Shown one piece after another: positions 28,214 through 38,552 of a stretch of 64,000 nt of DNA. Position numbers and translations under genes: made by a program. This DNA is from Phycisphaerae bacterium (lineage in GTDB: Bacteria > Planctomycetota > Phycisphaerae > UBA1845 > Fen-1342). Where the stretch lies: the NCBI GenBank assembly GCA_022072445.1, contig JAJVHV010000030.1, forward strand, positions 5,971 to 69,970, given 5' to 3'. Below the pieces are notes generated by a model that saw nothing but the letters and a program-made list of their open reading frames with translations, had not been told where the DNA came from and did no database searches. Within the stretch, counting starts at the first letter, position 1, and each line of letters opens with the position of its first letter.

Positions 28214-30337
28214 TCAGCGCCCCGCGCCGGTCAGCTCATCGGCCAGCGCGCCGGCGTCGTAGATCTTGCGCAGCGCCTCGATGATCGCCCGCGAATCGAC
28301 CGCCACGGCGCGGCCCTGCCGCTCGTCGAACTGAATGTCCCACACAAGCGACTGCAGATTGCCGTCGAAGATCAGCCCGACCACTTCGCCCGCCGTGTTG
28401 ATCACCGGGCTGCCCGAATTGCCCCCGATGATGTCCGCCGTGCAGACGAAGTTGTAGGGCGTATCCAGCTTGAGCTTGCTCTTGCCATCGACCCAGCGCT
28501 GCGGCAGCTCAAATCCCTCCTCGCCGTGCCGCTCCTGCCAGCGCTGGTACAGCCCGGCGAAGTTCGTGAACGGCGGCACATCCCGGCTATCCTCCTGGTA
28601 GCCCTTGACCGGGCCGAACGCCAGCCGCAGCGTTCCGGTCGCGTCGGGATACAGGTCCTCGCCGAAGCGCGCGAACATGGCGGCCGCGACCTTAGCGTAA
28701 TTGGCGCGCTCCACGCCTTCGACCGTGTCCTCGAAGCGCGTCCGCAGGGCGCGGTACTCGGGGTCGAGCGCCGCGGCCAGCTTGATGAGCGGATCGTCGC
28801 TGGCAGCAATGGCCGCCGCTCCGCCCGCGGCGAGTTTCTTGCGGGTCTCGACGTCCTTGAGCGTGCAGCCGCGGACGAGCTGCACGGCCCGCTCGCGCGG
28901 GCTCATGCCCGCCAGCGTCGCCGCGACCGTCGGGTCGTCGCCGCCCAGCGTCTCGGCCATCAGCATCAGGCCGCCGGCCAGACGGTCGATCTCGAGCTCG
29001 TCGTAGATCGGCGCCGGCGAATAGAGCCGCAGATAGACCGACTCGAGCTCCGACTCGCGATACTCGCGCAGGCGGTCGCGGCTGGGCTTGGGCAGCTCGG
29101 CGGCGAGCTGCACGAGCGTGTGCGCGAGGCGAAACAGGTCGCTGCGCAGCGCGCCGCGGATGACCGCGTAGCGCGCGTGGAACTCGCGATATTGCTGAAG
29201 CGCCGTGGCGATGTTGTCCCACGCGTCGCCCCACTGCGCCTGCTGCTGCGGATTGTTCATCACCGCCGCCCGCAGATCCTTCTCGAACGACGCCTTGCGC
29301 TGCATCAGCACCGGGTCGAGCAGCCCGCCGAATCCGCCCGTCATCGCCTTGCGGCCGTTCTGCGTGCCGAACAGGTCGTTCTCGCCGATCCGCGCGTTCT
29401 CGGCGCCGCGCTGCACGAACGTCTTGAGCTGCACCTCGCGCCGCCAGGCGTTCCGCAGATTGAACGGGAAATCCACGTCGCGCAGAAAGCGCAGATGATC
29501 GAGCGTGTTCAGCCGCCGCGTCCGTCCGGGATGGCCCGCGACCAGCACCAGGTCGTTCTCCGCCGCGCCGGCCCTGCTCCACTTCAGATAGTGCTCGCAC
29601 TTCAGCGGCTCGTCGTTCTCGTAGACCCGGAAAAAGCACATGTCCAGGTCGTAACGCGGATACTCGAAGTTGTCGTTGTCGCCGCCGAAGAACGCGATCG
29701 ACTTCTCCGGCGCCATCACCAGCCGCACGTCGGTGTAGCGGCGATAGCTGTAGAGGTGATAGCGCGCCCCCTGGTAGAGCGTGACGATTTCGCAATCCAG
29801 CTTGGTGCGATCCTTGGCCTCCTGTTCGATCTCGCTCATCCGCTTGCGCCGCGCGCTGAACGCGTCGGCCGCGGACATTTCGGGCTTCGCCGCCGCGTTC
29901 ACCTTGTCGGTCACGTCCTCGATCGTCCACAGCAGTCGGACTTCCATGTCCGCGCACTTGAGCTCTTCGGCCGGCGTGCGGGCGTAGAAACCGTCGCGCA
30001 TCAGGTTCCGCTCCGGCGTGCTCAGCTTCTCGAGCTGACCGCTGCCGACGTGGTGATTGGTGAGAATCAGCCCGCGCGGCGACACCAGCGAGCCCGACGC
30101 GCCGATCTTCACCGACGCCTTCTGCACGTGTTCGAGCCAGGCCGCCGTCGGCTCGAATCCATACTTCTCCTTCAGCAGCTTCGTCGGCGGGCGGTTGGGC
30201 AACCACATGCCCTCGTCAGCCAGGGCGCCCACGCCGGATGCGAGCAGCAGGGCGATAGGGACGAGCCGCGCGCCGCGGAGCGAACGCCGGCGTTGACGCA
30301 CGACAGGGGTGATTGTGAGTGTGGATGGGTGATTCAT
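28214..30337 (-). CDS. S46 family dipeptidyl-peptidase (DPP7/DPP11-like serine protease)
   Basis: Signal peptide, then DEGMWLP. LILTNHHVG (His) and GGNSGSPVIN (Ser) chymotrypsin-fold motifs are split by a large helical insert, as in S46. Confidence 0.9.
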   Translation of the reverse strand: MNHPSTLTITPVVRQRRRSLRGARLVPIALLLASGVGALADEGMWLPNRPPTKLLKEKYGFEPTAAWLEHVQKASVKIGASGSLVSPRGLILTNHHVGSGQLEKLSTPERNLMRDGFYARTPAEELKCADMEVRLLWTIEDVTDKVNAAAKPEMSAADAFSARRKRMSEIEQEAKDRTKLDCEIVTLYQGARYHLYSYRRYTDVRLVMAPEKSIAFFGGDNDNFEYPRYDLDMCFFRVYENDEPLKCEHYLKWSRAGAAENDLVLVAGHPGRTRRLNTLDHLRFLRDVDFPFNLRNAWRREVQLKTFVQRGAENARIGENDLFGTQNGRKAMTGGFGGLLDPVLMQRKASFEKDLRAAVMNNPQQQAQWGDAWDNIATALQQYREFHARYAVIRGALRSDLFRLAHTLVQLAAELPKPSRDRLREYRESELESVYLRLYSPAPIYDELEIDRLAGGLMLMAETLGGDDPTVAATLAGMSPRERAVQLVRGCTLKDVETRKKLAAGGAAAIAASDDPLIKLAAALDPEYRALRTRFEDTVEGVERANYAKVAAAMFARFGEDLYPDATGTLRLAFGPVKGYQEDSRDVPPFTNFAGLYQRWQERHGEEGFELPQRWVDGKSKLKLDTPYNFVCTADIIGGNSGSPVINTAGEVVGLIFDGNLQSLVWDIQFDERQGRAVAVDSRAIIEALRKIYDAGALADELTGAGR

Positions 30338-30459
30338 GGGCTCTCTCCGATCTCGGCAACGCGCTTGGTTGCCTCCAATCTACCACGAACGCAACCCGAA
30401 GACATGCTCAGCGGCCCGGTAAACGGCGGTTCGCGGCAGAAAAGCCCAGCCCGGCAACG

Positions 30460-30831
30460 TCAGGCCGGCCCCTCGCGCAGGCGGTCCCAGTCGGGCTCGC
30501 ACCAGGCCACGACGTGCGAGCCCGACGAGGAGACCGTCACCCTGCCGCAGACACGCTGTGCCGGAGTGTCGGCCGATTCGTACTCGTACACCCAGGTCTC
30601 GACCGGATCGCGCGATGCCGGCGAGTCGCTCTCGATTCGCCGCGGTTCGCCCAGCAGCGAGCGCAGCTCCTGCCGCGTCACCGAGCGCGACAGTTTCCGC
30701 CAGCGCGCCAGCAACATCGTGATGCGTGTCAGCGACTGGACGCGCAGCTCCGGCAGCGCTGCACCGCACTGGCGGCAGAATCTTGCAGCCTCCGCATTAC
30801 TCGCGGCGCAGCGCTGACACGTCTGGCTCAT
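30460..30831 (-). CDS. Zn-ribbon domain protein
   Basis: N-terminal CQRCAASNAEAARFCRQCG ribbon followed by a ~90-aa domain. Confidence 0.6.
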   Translation of the reverse strand: MSQTCQRCAASNAEAARFCRQCGAALPELRVQSLTRITMLLARWRKLSRSVTRQELRSLLGEPRRIESDSPASRDPVETWVYEYESADTPAQRVCGRVTVSSSGSHVVAWCEPDWDRLREGPA

Positions 30832-30842
30832 GCTTGCTCACT

Positions 30843-30937
30843 CGCTGGCGCTTCGTGCTCGGATGGGACTCCCGTTCACGCGCTGGCGCTTCGTGCTCCG
30901 ATCGCGCAGGTTCTGCATTCTGCATTCTTCATTCTGC
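30843..30937. repeat. intergenic cluster of short dispersed repeats
   Basis: cgctggcgcttcgtgctc occurs twice (30843-30860, 30881-30898). A heptamer array ttctgcattctgcattcttcattctgc (30911-30937) is identical to the reverse complement of 54252-54278 inside metH. Confidence 0.85.
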
Positions 30938-30946
30938 CTTGCCGTC

Positions 30947-33055
30947 CTACGTCTTCCTGCCGCGGCCGTTATCCGCCGCCAGTGCCGTGTGCACCTCCTG
31001 TCGAATCCGCTCCGCACGCGCGTCGGCCGACGCGCCGCTCCGCGCCGGAGTCGCGCCGCCCGCGGCGGGCGGCCCAACCGACGCGACACCCAGGCGATCG
31101 CTGAGCAGCATGGTCAGCAGGGCTTCCATCACGTTGCTGCCGGCCATGCCAGACTTGCCGTCGCCCGCGCCGCCGCCGATCACCACCTTGGGCACCAGAT
31201 CGACGCCCGAGCGTTCGATCGCCTCGGCGAAACGCTCCATGACCTGCCGCGTGATCTGGAACTGCGGCCCGCCGTACGCCCGCACCTGCTCGTCGATCGC
31301 GATGGCCTGCGCCACGCCGATGCGGGCCGCCTTGTCCGCCTCGGCCTCGCCGACCGCGCGGATGCGCGTCGCTTCGCCGTCGGCCAGCGTGCGGATCTTG
31401 GCGGCTTCGGCTTCGGCGACGGCCCGCATCTGCGCCGCCTGTTGCAGGGCGCGCTGATACTCGGCCTTGCCCTGGTTTTCCTGGATGCGAATCGACACCT
31501 CGCTCTCGGTGAGGGCCTGCTGCTGGCTGGCCTTGGCCTCCGCCTCGCGCAGCTCGCGTTCCTTGACCGCGGCCTTCTCCTGCCGCGCGTAGGTCTCGAC
31601 CTGTTCCTCGGCGATTTGCCGCGTGCGGAGCTGGGTGAGGATGTTCTCGATCTTGTTGTCGCCGGCTGACGACGTCGGCGTGCCGATCAGCACCTCTTCG
31701 AGTTCGAGGTTGTAGTGCGCGAACTTCTCGCGCATCTCCTCGCCCGCGAGCTTCTGGATCAGCGCGCGATCCTGCAGGAGTTGAATGAGCGTTCGCGTCT
31801 GGCCGATGTTCTTGAAATACGCCGAGACCATCGGGTCGAGCGTCTGCTCGACCAGCCGCTTGACGTCGCCGAAGCGCTGAATGACCAGCGGCGCCTTGCG
31901 GTAGTCGATGTGCACCACGACGCTGAGCGGCAGCGACGGCTCAAAGGCGTCCTTGGTGATCAGCGAGACTTCGCGCAGGTTCTCGTCGAACTTGTGCATC
32001 CCGCTCTCGTTGCGGATCCACTTCAGGATGAAATTCGTCGTTGGCACCGGGATGACGTGCCCGGCATACGTGTTGAACGCGTATTTGCCGGGCAGCAACG
32101 CCTCGCTCCAGACGCCGCGCTGCCCCGGTTTTACCAGCTCGCCGTGCTTGTATTCGACGCCGGACAGGTCGGCGCCACGCTCGCCTGTGTACGAGACGAC
32201 CACGCCGACGTTGCCGACGTCGATGACAGTCTTGGGCAGCATCTCCACCGTCGCGAACAGCCGGTTGAGATAATACGTGCCGTCGACGAGCACCTGGAGC
32301 TGCCGGCCCCGGCTTCCGCCGGCGGCCAGGAACACCTCGATGTCCTGGAAGTTGTTGTGAAACGTCGACGGGACGTCCGGGGAATTGCCCACAACGGGGG
32401 CGATGATCTCGCCGGCCGGCAGCGCCGGCCCGTCATGAACGGTGATGACGCCGATCATGTCGTCGCTGCCGCGGATCACGACCGGTTCGAAGCCGTTGCG
32501 ATTCCCGATCTCCGCCTGCATGCTCTGAAAGACCGCCTTGTCGTCGCGCTCCAGCGGCAGGTAGTAGAGCTGATCGTCGGTAACGACCGCGAACTGCGCC
32601 AGGTTGATCGCATACGTGCCTTCGCGCAGCAACTTGCGCTGCGGCCCACGCTGCCCGCCGTCCGCCAGAAAGCCGCGCACGTCCTCGAAATTCTGCGCCT
32701 TGACGTTGCACGCCAGCGTCTGCGTCGGCGGCAGCGGGTGCCCGTCACGGGCATACACGTAGCCGATCTGCCCCTGCGGGATCGTCACCAGCGGCAGCAG
32801 ATGCACGCGATACTGAAACGGCGTCAGAAAATGCAGCCCGCCGCGCAGCACGTCCGGTTGAAAGCCGGCTTCGCCGCGCAGCGCGATCAGCCCCTGACGC
32901 ACCGAGCCGCTGTGGCTCCAGAGCCGCTCGACGATGCCGACCCGGCGGTTCGGAATGTACCGAATACCGCTTAGACCGGTGAGCAAGACCAGGACCACAG
33001 CGAGCACAATCGCGCCCACGACCATGGTCGTAACGTCGATGGCTCCGAGTAACAT
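30947..33055 (-). CDS. SPFH/band-7 (flotillin-like) membrane scaffold protein
   Basis: ORF 30947..33115; probable start ATG 33055 (MLLGAIDVTTMVVGAIVLAVVLVLL anchor). SPFH core, then an Ala/Glu-rich coiled coil AEAEAAKIRTLADGEATRIRAVGEAEADKAARIGVAQA. Confidence 0.85.
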   Translation of the reverse strand: MLLGAIDVTTMVVGAIVLAVVLVLLTGLSGIRYIPNRRVGIVERLWSHSGSVRQGLIALRGEAGFQPDVLRGGLHFLTPFQYRVHLLPLVTIPQGQIGYVYARDGHPLPPTQTLACNVKAQNFEDVRGFLADGGQRGPQRKLLREGTYAINLAQFAVVTDDQLYYLPLERDDKAVFQSMQAEIGNRNGFEPVVIRGSDDMIGVITVHDGPALPAGEIIAPVVGNSPDVPSTFHNNFQDIEVFLAAGGSRGRQLQVLVDGTYYLNRLFATVEMLPKTVIDVGNVGVVVSYTGERGADLSGVEYKHGELVKPGQRGVWSEALLPGKYAFNTYAGHVIPVPTTNFILKWIRNESGMHKFDENLREVSLITKDAFEPSLPLSVVVHIDYRKAPLVIQRFGDVKRLVEQTLDPMVSAYFKNIGQTRTLIQLLQDRALIQKLAGEEMREKFAHYNLELEEVLIGTPTSSAGDNKIENILTQLRTRQIAEEQVETYARQEKAAVKERELREAEAKASQQQALTESEVSIRIQENQGKAEYQRALQQAAQMRAVAEAEAAKIRTLADGEATRIRAVGEAEADKAARIGVAQAIAIDEQVRAYGGPQFQITRQVMERFAEAIERSGVDLVPKVVIGGGAGDGKSGMAGSNVMEALLTMLLSDRLGVASVGPPAAGGATPARSGASADARAERIRQEVHTALAADNGRGRKT

Positions 33056-33716
33056 GACTGGCACTCCTTTTCTCAAGCGTGCGAACGCGGCGACGCCCGG
33101 CCGCGCGATCCGCACCGAGGGTCTCGGCGCAGGGCTGCGCCGTCGACCGGTTCAATGCTGGTTCCATACCGCTTCGGCGCCGGGCGCGGCGCCGATCGGT
33201 AGTCGTTACGCACAATGCTCGTGCGCATGCTAATACTGCCGTCGGTGTAGGTTACGTCGAGGGAGGCGGGCTCATGGTTGCTCCAGCGGTCGCCTGCGAG
33301 GTTAGCTGACGGGCGCGCTGCGCTGATTCAGCGTCCGGCTCCGGCCGGATTAGCCCCTGCGTCGCGGGCCTTGTGCCCGCGCCGCGCTGGGTTCCCCGCT
33401 GCCAGGCCGCCTGGGGCAGCCCGACATTCGGCACAAACAGCATGTATTAGAGTAAGTATAGCACAGGTTTGGCCGACTGGCCGGCCGATAACGCGCGCAC
33501 ACGCGCTCGGTACCGTTTTCATTCGACCAGATCCCGGCAAGTATCCAGCAGATCGCGGGAATCCAACCTAACTCCGAAGACTCGCCAGGCTCGATCGGTA
33601 GAGCCATCTCACGAAAGTATCCTCTCGCGAAGCGCCGGAAGTGAAGGCCGAATCGCAGCCAGTGCCAGTAGTCGGCCACCGTGAGCATCGACTGACGCTG
33701 CCAGAATTCGCCGAAG

Positions 33717-34085
33717 CTAGCCACGGCGCGACCCTGCACCGCGCATACTCCCTCCGCACTCCGGGCACGGCCGATCACCCAGATGGCTGCAATCGTATCC
33801 GCACGACGCGCATGTGTCGGGAAAGCGTTCCAGGGTCATTTGTCGGGCGCGCTTCAAGCGACGGTCAATCCCGCGCGAAGCCAAAACCACGGCGCCAGCT
33901 GTGCACACAAGACCGGCGAGGTCACCCGGAAGAACGAACCGCATCGGCACCGCAACGATCGCCCCGAGCACTGTGCTGCCAACCAGGATTGCAATCGTGC
34001 GCGTCGAGAAGAGCAGTTGACGCGTGACGCGCCGGAAATACACCTCGACTTCGGGATTCGAGGGTTCGAACATCGTCCACCGCAT
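33717..34085 (-). CDS. small membrane protein with C-terminal Zn ribbon
   Basis: Two TM helices, then CASCGYDCSHLGDRPCPECG. Confidence 0.5.
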   Translation of the reverse strand: MRWTMFEPSNPEVEVYFRRVTRQLLFSTRTIAILVGSTVLGAIVAVPMRFVLPGDLAGLVCTAGAVVLASRGIDRRLKRARQMTLERFPDTCASCGYDCSHLGDRPCPECGGSMRGAGSRRG

Positions 34086-34124
34086 CGATGGCGCGCCGAA
34101 GTCGCCGTCCCGTCCGACCGTCCC

Positions 34125-35126
34125 TCAACCCAGACCCGCGTTCAGCAGATCGAGCAGTCGCAGCAGCCCGACCGGCCGGCCGGCGTCATCCGCAACGACC
34201 AGGCTCGTGATCCGGCTCTCCATCATCATTCGCAGACAATCCACCGCCGGATGCGATGCCGACACACTTGAGTGCGTCACCGCCGGCTCGGACGACGTGC
34301 GCCGGCTGCCGCGGTGCGCCTCGCGGGCGGTGATCTTGTGCGGGTCGGAGACGCGTTCGAAGACGCGCCGCAGGTCGCCATCGGTGAACACGCCCAGCAG
34401 CCGCCCGTCGCGCTCCGTGATCAGCGCCAGGCCGAGTTGTTTGGTCGTCATCGAGACGACGAGCTGATCGAACGTGGCGTCGGCGTCGACCAGCGGCAGC
34501 GCCGCGCCTGCGTGCATCACGTCGCCGGCCCGCAGTAGCAGGCGCCGGCCCAGCGTCCCCTCGGGATGAAACTGTGCGAAGTCCTCCTTGCGAAAGCCGC
34601 GCGACGCCAGCAACGCCATCGCCAGCGCGTCGCCGAACGCCAGCATCAGCATGCAGCTTGTCGTCGGCGCCAGGTTCAGCGGGCCCGCCTCCGGCACGTC
34701 CGGCAGGCGCACGAGATGATTCGAGAGCTCCGCCAGCCGCGACTCGCGGGCCTGCGTCACGCCGATCACCGGCCCGCCCAGCCGCCGGAAGTGCGTCACC
34801 AGCCGCAGGATTTCGTCGGTGTTGCCGCTACGCGTGAAGGCCATCAGGCCGTTGCGCGGCGTGACGATGCCCAGGTCGCCGTGCAGCGCGTCGACCGGGT
34901 GCATGAACACCGCCGGCGTGCCCGTGCTCGTCAGCGTGGCGGCAATCTTCCGCGCGATGTTGCCCGACTTGCCCAACCCGCTCACCACAAGCTGGTCGCA
35001 GTCGGTCAGGATGGTCTGCACCACCGCCTCGAAGACTGTCCCCAACTCGTCGGCCAGCCGCCGCAGCGCGTCCGCCTCGTCGCCGATCACCTGTCGCGCG
35101 ATGCGGAGCGCCTCGCTTATGCTCAT
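34125..35126 (-). CDS. kdsD: arabinose-5-phosphate isomerase (KpsF/GutQ family; SIS + CBS pair)
   Basis: SIS motif VVSGLGKSGNIARKIAATLTSTGTPA; C-terminal tandem CBS region. The start forms an ATGA overlap with the TPR gene stop. Confidence 0.88.
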   Translation of the reverse strand: MSISEALRIARQVIGDEADALRRLADELGTVFEAVVQTILTDCDQLVVSGLGKSGNIARKIAATLTSTGTPAVFMHPVDALHGDLGIVTPRNGLMAFTRSGNTDEILRLVTHFRRLGGPVIGVTQARESRLAELSNHLVRLPDVPEAGPLNLAPTTSCMLMLAFGDALAMALLASRGFRKEDFAQFHPEGTLGRRLLLRAGDVMHAGAALPLVDADATFDQLVVSMTTKQLGLALITERDGRLLGVFTDGDLRRVFERVSDPHKITAREAHRGSRRTSSEPAVTHSSVSASHPAVDCLRMMMESRITSLVVADDAGRPVGLLRLLDLLNAGLG

Positions 35127-38100
35127 TTTCCATCCGCCGTCGGGGCCACCGCAGGTTGTCCGCCGCGCTCCTGCGCCGCCAGCTTGGCACGTACCTCGGC
35201 GATGAGCCGCGCGTTCTCGGGGGCGGCGGCCCGCTCCTTGTCGCTCTCGGCCAGCTCGACGCAGCGCGCCCAGGCCCGCCTTGCGCTCTCGGCGTCGCCG
35301 AGCCGGAACTCCGCATCGCCCAGATGGTCGTAGACGGTTGCGTCGTCTCCGTCAAAGATGGTCACCGAGCGCTTGAGGTACTTCTTCGCCAGGCTGAAAT
35401 CGCCGCGCTTGTAATAGACCCAGCCCAGGCTGTCGAGAAACGCGCGGTTCAGCGGATTCTCGGAGACGGCCAGCCGGATCATCCCCGCGGCGCGCTCCAG
35501 CTCGCGCCCCATCTCGACGTACGTGTAGCCCAGGTCGTTGTTGGCGCCCGCGTCGTGCGGCCGCAGCTTCAGCAGCCGCTCCATCACCGCGATGTAGTCG
35601 TCGCGCCGCTCGGCACCTTGCAGCACCTGACTCTTCATCTCCAGCAGCGGGATGATCTGTTCGACGGCGCCACCCGCCTCGGCGTTGCTCAGCCAGCGGT
35701 CGCACCACTCCAGCGCCCGCTCGACCTGCTTCGACTCGACCAGCACACTCACCAGCGTACGCCGCGCCCGCTCCAGTTCGCCGGGAACAAACGGCAGGAT
35801 GCGCTCCTCCAGCAGCGCCGTCAGCGTCTTGATCGCGTCCTCGTGCTGGCCGGCCTCGGATTCGGCGATCGCCCGCCAACCACGGATGAAGATGTCGCCC
35901 GCCGGATCGGACGGCTGAAAACCGTTGATGACGTTCAGCGCGTCGCGTGGGCGCCCGGCCGCCAGCAGCGTCCGCAGCAGCGCCTCGGTCAGCAGCGTGA
36001 CGCTGTTGGACGACGTCGCCGTCGAAATCCACTCGCGCAGCCGCTGCTCGACCCGGTCATACGCTTTGGCCCGCAGACACGCGTCGGCGTAGTGCAGCCA
36101 GCGTTGCTCGTCGGCCGGCGCCTCGTTGAGCCACTCCGTCACCAGCGCCACCGCCTGGTCGTTCCGCCCGGCCTGCGTCAGCAGGTTCCACTTCTGCGCC
36201 AGCAGGTCGTTCTTGTCGCGTGCCTCGGCCAGCCAGCCGTCCAGCCGCGCCAGCGCGCCGTCATAGTCGCGAAACAGCGAGTGCGCCAGGATCAGCTTCG
36301 CCCGCGCCAGGTTCCGCTCCGCGTCGCTCAGCCCCAGCGACAGCAGATGCTCGTACACGCTCCGGGCCCGCTCCGGCTGAAAGTCATTCACGTAGCAGTC
36401 GCCCAGCGTGAACAACAGCGCGCGGCGGTTGGAATACCGCCCGGCCAGCGACTCGAGCTGCGCCAGCGCAACGTCGAAATCCAGCCGCCGTGCCGCGATC
36501 GCCGCCGACAGTAGCCGCGCTTCGTAGTTGTCCGGATCGAAGCCCAGCGCCCGCTGCGCCAGCCGCGCCGCCTCGTCGAAGCGCCGCCGGACGTACAACG
36601 CCTCGCCGCAACGGACCGCCGTCACCCGGTCGTCGGGATACGCTTCGGTCTGTCGCAGAAGCTCGGCGATGTAGTCGTCGGGCGTCCCGCCGGCCCGCGC
36701 AAAGCGGATCGACGTTTGCAGGCGGCGTCGGACGTCCTCCGGCAGGCCCGGCTCGACGCGCTCGAACACACTGATGGCGATCTCGCTCTTGCCGCTGTTC
36801 AGGTAGCTGTCGATCAACAGCTCCACCATCTCCGGATCGTCCGGCGCCAGCGACTGCGCCTGCTGAAAATACCGCTGCGCCGCAACGATGTTGTTCAGCC
36901 GGCGGTAGTGCCGGCCAAACTCAAGCGCGTACTGCGCCTCGCGCGGGTTGAGCCGCAGCGCTTCGCGAAACGCCGCCTCAGCGCCGTCCAGATCATCAAG
37001 CCCCGAAAGCGCCCGCGCCAGGAGATAGTGCGCCGCCGCCAACTTCGGCGACACCTGAAGCGCCTGGTCGGCCTGCTCGCGCGCCTCGTTCCAACGATAG
37101 TGCGCCAGCAACATCTCACCCCACGCCAGGCGAGCCGCCGTAAACTCCGGCCGGGCCTTCAGCGACGTCTCAAACAGCCGGATCGCCAGCGCGTCTTGTT
37201 CAGCCGCTGCCGCCAGCGAACCCAGCGCGTACGCCAGCGCGAAGTCATCCGGCGGTATCGCGGCCATTCTCCCCATCAGCGCCAGAAAGGCGTCGGTTCG
37301 GTCAAGGGGCTTCATCCATTCGGCCAGACGCGCCTGAGGCGGATCGAGCGGCTCCGGCGTCGTCCGGACCACGTCACTCAGCGCGCGCACCGCCGCCTCC
37401 AGGTCGCCGCTGTCCTTCAGCGCCACGGCGAGGGCCCAGGCAGCGTCGACGTCGTCGGGCTTGGCGGCAACCAGCTTGCGCCAGACCGAAGCCGCGATCG
37501 CGTGCTCGCCGACGGTTCCCAGCCCCGTCGCCAGCCGTCGGGCAAGCTGAAGCGACTCAGGCGTCGAAAGCTCGCCGGTCAACTCCTCGCTCCACGCGGC
37601 GAGTTTTCCCGCGGCCCGCGCCGCCCGCACCGCCAGCGACAGGTACGTCGCCAGGTTGTCGCCGCTGAGCTTGCTCCGGCACAGCTCGAACGCTTCGTCG
37701 GCGCGCCCGGCGTTGAGCAGCGTCGTAGCGCACAGCAGGCCGATGTAGCTGTCGTCGGGCTGATGCTGAGCCGCCCAGCGCGCCGCGCGCAGCGCGTCGT
37801 CGGTACGCCCCAGTCCCAGCAGAATGCGCAGCGTCTCTTCAATCATCCCGCGCGGGTGCTGCTGAAGAATCTGCTCGACGAGCGGCTCGTTGCGGTGCTC
37901 CGGATGCGAGTCCCACGCCGCCAGGTCGAATCGCGCGTAGCACTCGCTCGCCGCCGCCAGATACCCCTGTTCCTCCAGGCAGCGCCCCAGCTCGAACCAG
38001 CTCGCCGTCACACGCGCGTTGTTCGGCTCGTGCTCGGCGGCCCGTGTCGCGCTGCGGAAGTGCGCCGCCGCCCGCGGCAGATTGCCCGCCGCCCGCAGCA

Positions 38101-38548
38101 GGCGCCCCAGCAGGTGATGCACGTCGGCCGACTGCGGGCGCAGCAGGGCGGCGAACTCCGCCGCGGCGCGGGCTTCGCCCGTCCGCCCGCTCTCAAAGCG
38201 CGCCGTGGCCAGCAGGTAGTGCAGCTCGAAGCAGTCGTCCGGGGCCGATCGAATGGCCGCGTCCAGACGCGCGATCGCCGCGTCGTACTGGTGATCGTCG
38301 ATCAGATCGCGCGCCGCTTCGTACTCGTCCCGCAGCGCGCCCTGATCGGGAAGCTCAATCCCCGGCCGCGCCGGCCCGGTCGACGCCGGCTCGATCGTCG
38401 AGAGCGGCGCCGCGGCCCGCCCGTCCGTCGCCGGTTGCGTCCCCGTCGGCTGGGACTGACAAGCGGTGGCCCGCGTGGCCGACGCAGCGAACGCAGCGAC
38501 CAGCACGGCGGAGATCATCCGCACGACTTGCGACACGGTGTGGTTCAT
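35123..38548 (-). CDS. large secreted TPR-repeat protein
   Basis: ORF 35123..38758; probable start ATG 38548 (MNHTVSQVVRMISAVLVAAFAASA signal). TPR-like A/Y/L periodicity throughout. Confidence 0.8.
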   Translation of the reverse strand: MNHTVSQVVRMISAVLVAAFAASATRATACQSQPTGTQPATDGRAAAPLSTIEPASTGPARPGIELPDQGALRDEYEAARDLIDDHQYDAAIARLDAAIRSAPDDCFELHYLLATARFESGRTGEARAAAEFAALLRPQSADVHHLLGRLLRAAGNLPRAAAHFRSATRAAEHEPNNARVTASWFELGRCLEEQGYLAAASECYARFDLAAWDSHPEHRNEPLVEQILQQHPRGMIEETLRILLGLGRTDDALRAARWAAQHQPDDSYIGLLCATTLLNAGRADEAFELCRSKLSGDNLATYLSLAVRAARAAGKLAAWSEELTGELSTPESLQLARRLATGLGTVGEHAIAASVWRKLVAAKPDDVDAAWALAVALKDSGDLEAAVRALSDVVRTTPEPLDPPQARLAEWMKPLDRTDAFLALMGRMAAIPPDDFALAYALGSLAAAAEQDALAIRLFETSLKARPEFTAARLAWGEMLLAHYRWNEAREQADQALQVSPKLAAAHYLLARALSGLDDLDGAEAAFREALRLNPREAQYALEFGRHYRRLNNIVAAQRYFQQAQSLAPDDPEMVELLIDSYLNSGKSEIAISVFERVEPGLPEDVRRRLQTSIRFARAGGTPDDYIAELLRQTEAYPDDRVTAVRCGEALYVRRRFDEAARLAQRALGFDPDNYEARLLSAAIAARRLDFDVALAQLESLAGRYSNRRALLFTLGDCYVNDFQPERARSVYEHLLSLGLSDAERNLARAKLILAHSLFRDYDGALARLDGWLAEARDKNDLLAQKWNLLTQAGRNDQAVALVTEWLNEAPADEQRWLHYADACLRAKAYDRVEQRLREWISTATSSNSVTLLTEALLRTLLAAGRPRDALNVINGFQPSDPAGDIFIRGWRAIAESEAGQHEDAIKTLTALLEERILPFVPGELERARRTLVSVLVESKQVERALEWCDRWLSNAEAGGAVEQIIPLLEMKSQVLQGAERRDDYIAVMERLLKLRPHDAGANNDLGYTYVEMGRELERAAGMIRLAVSENPLNRAFLDSLGWVYYKRGDFSLAKKYLKRSVTIFDGDDATVYDHLGDAEFRLGDAESARRAWARCVELAESDKERAAAPENARLIAEVRAKLAAQERGGQPAVAPTADGK

Positions 38549-38552
38549 AGGC

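Noticed and set aside
33350-33778. 142-aa minus-strand ORF as a real gene
   Set aside because: It overlaps the better-supported 33717-34085 gene. Only the first ~60 residues from an internal Met look protein-like, and the rest is Cys/Arg/Pro-rich noise. I left it unannotated and flagged the region instead.
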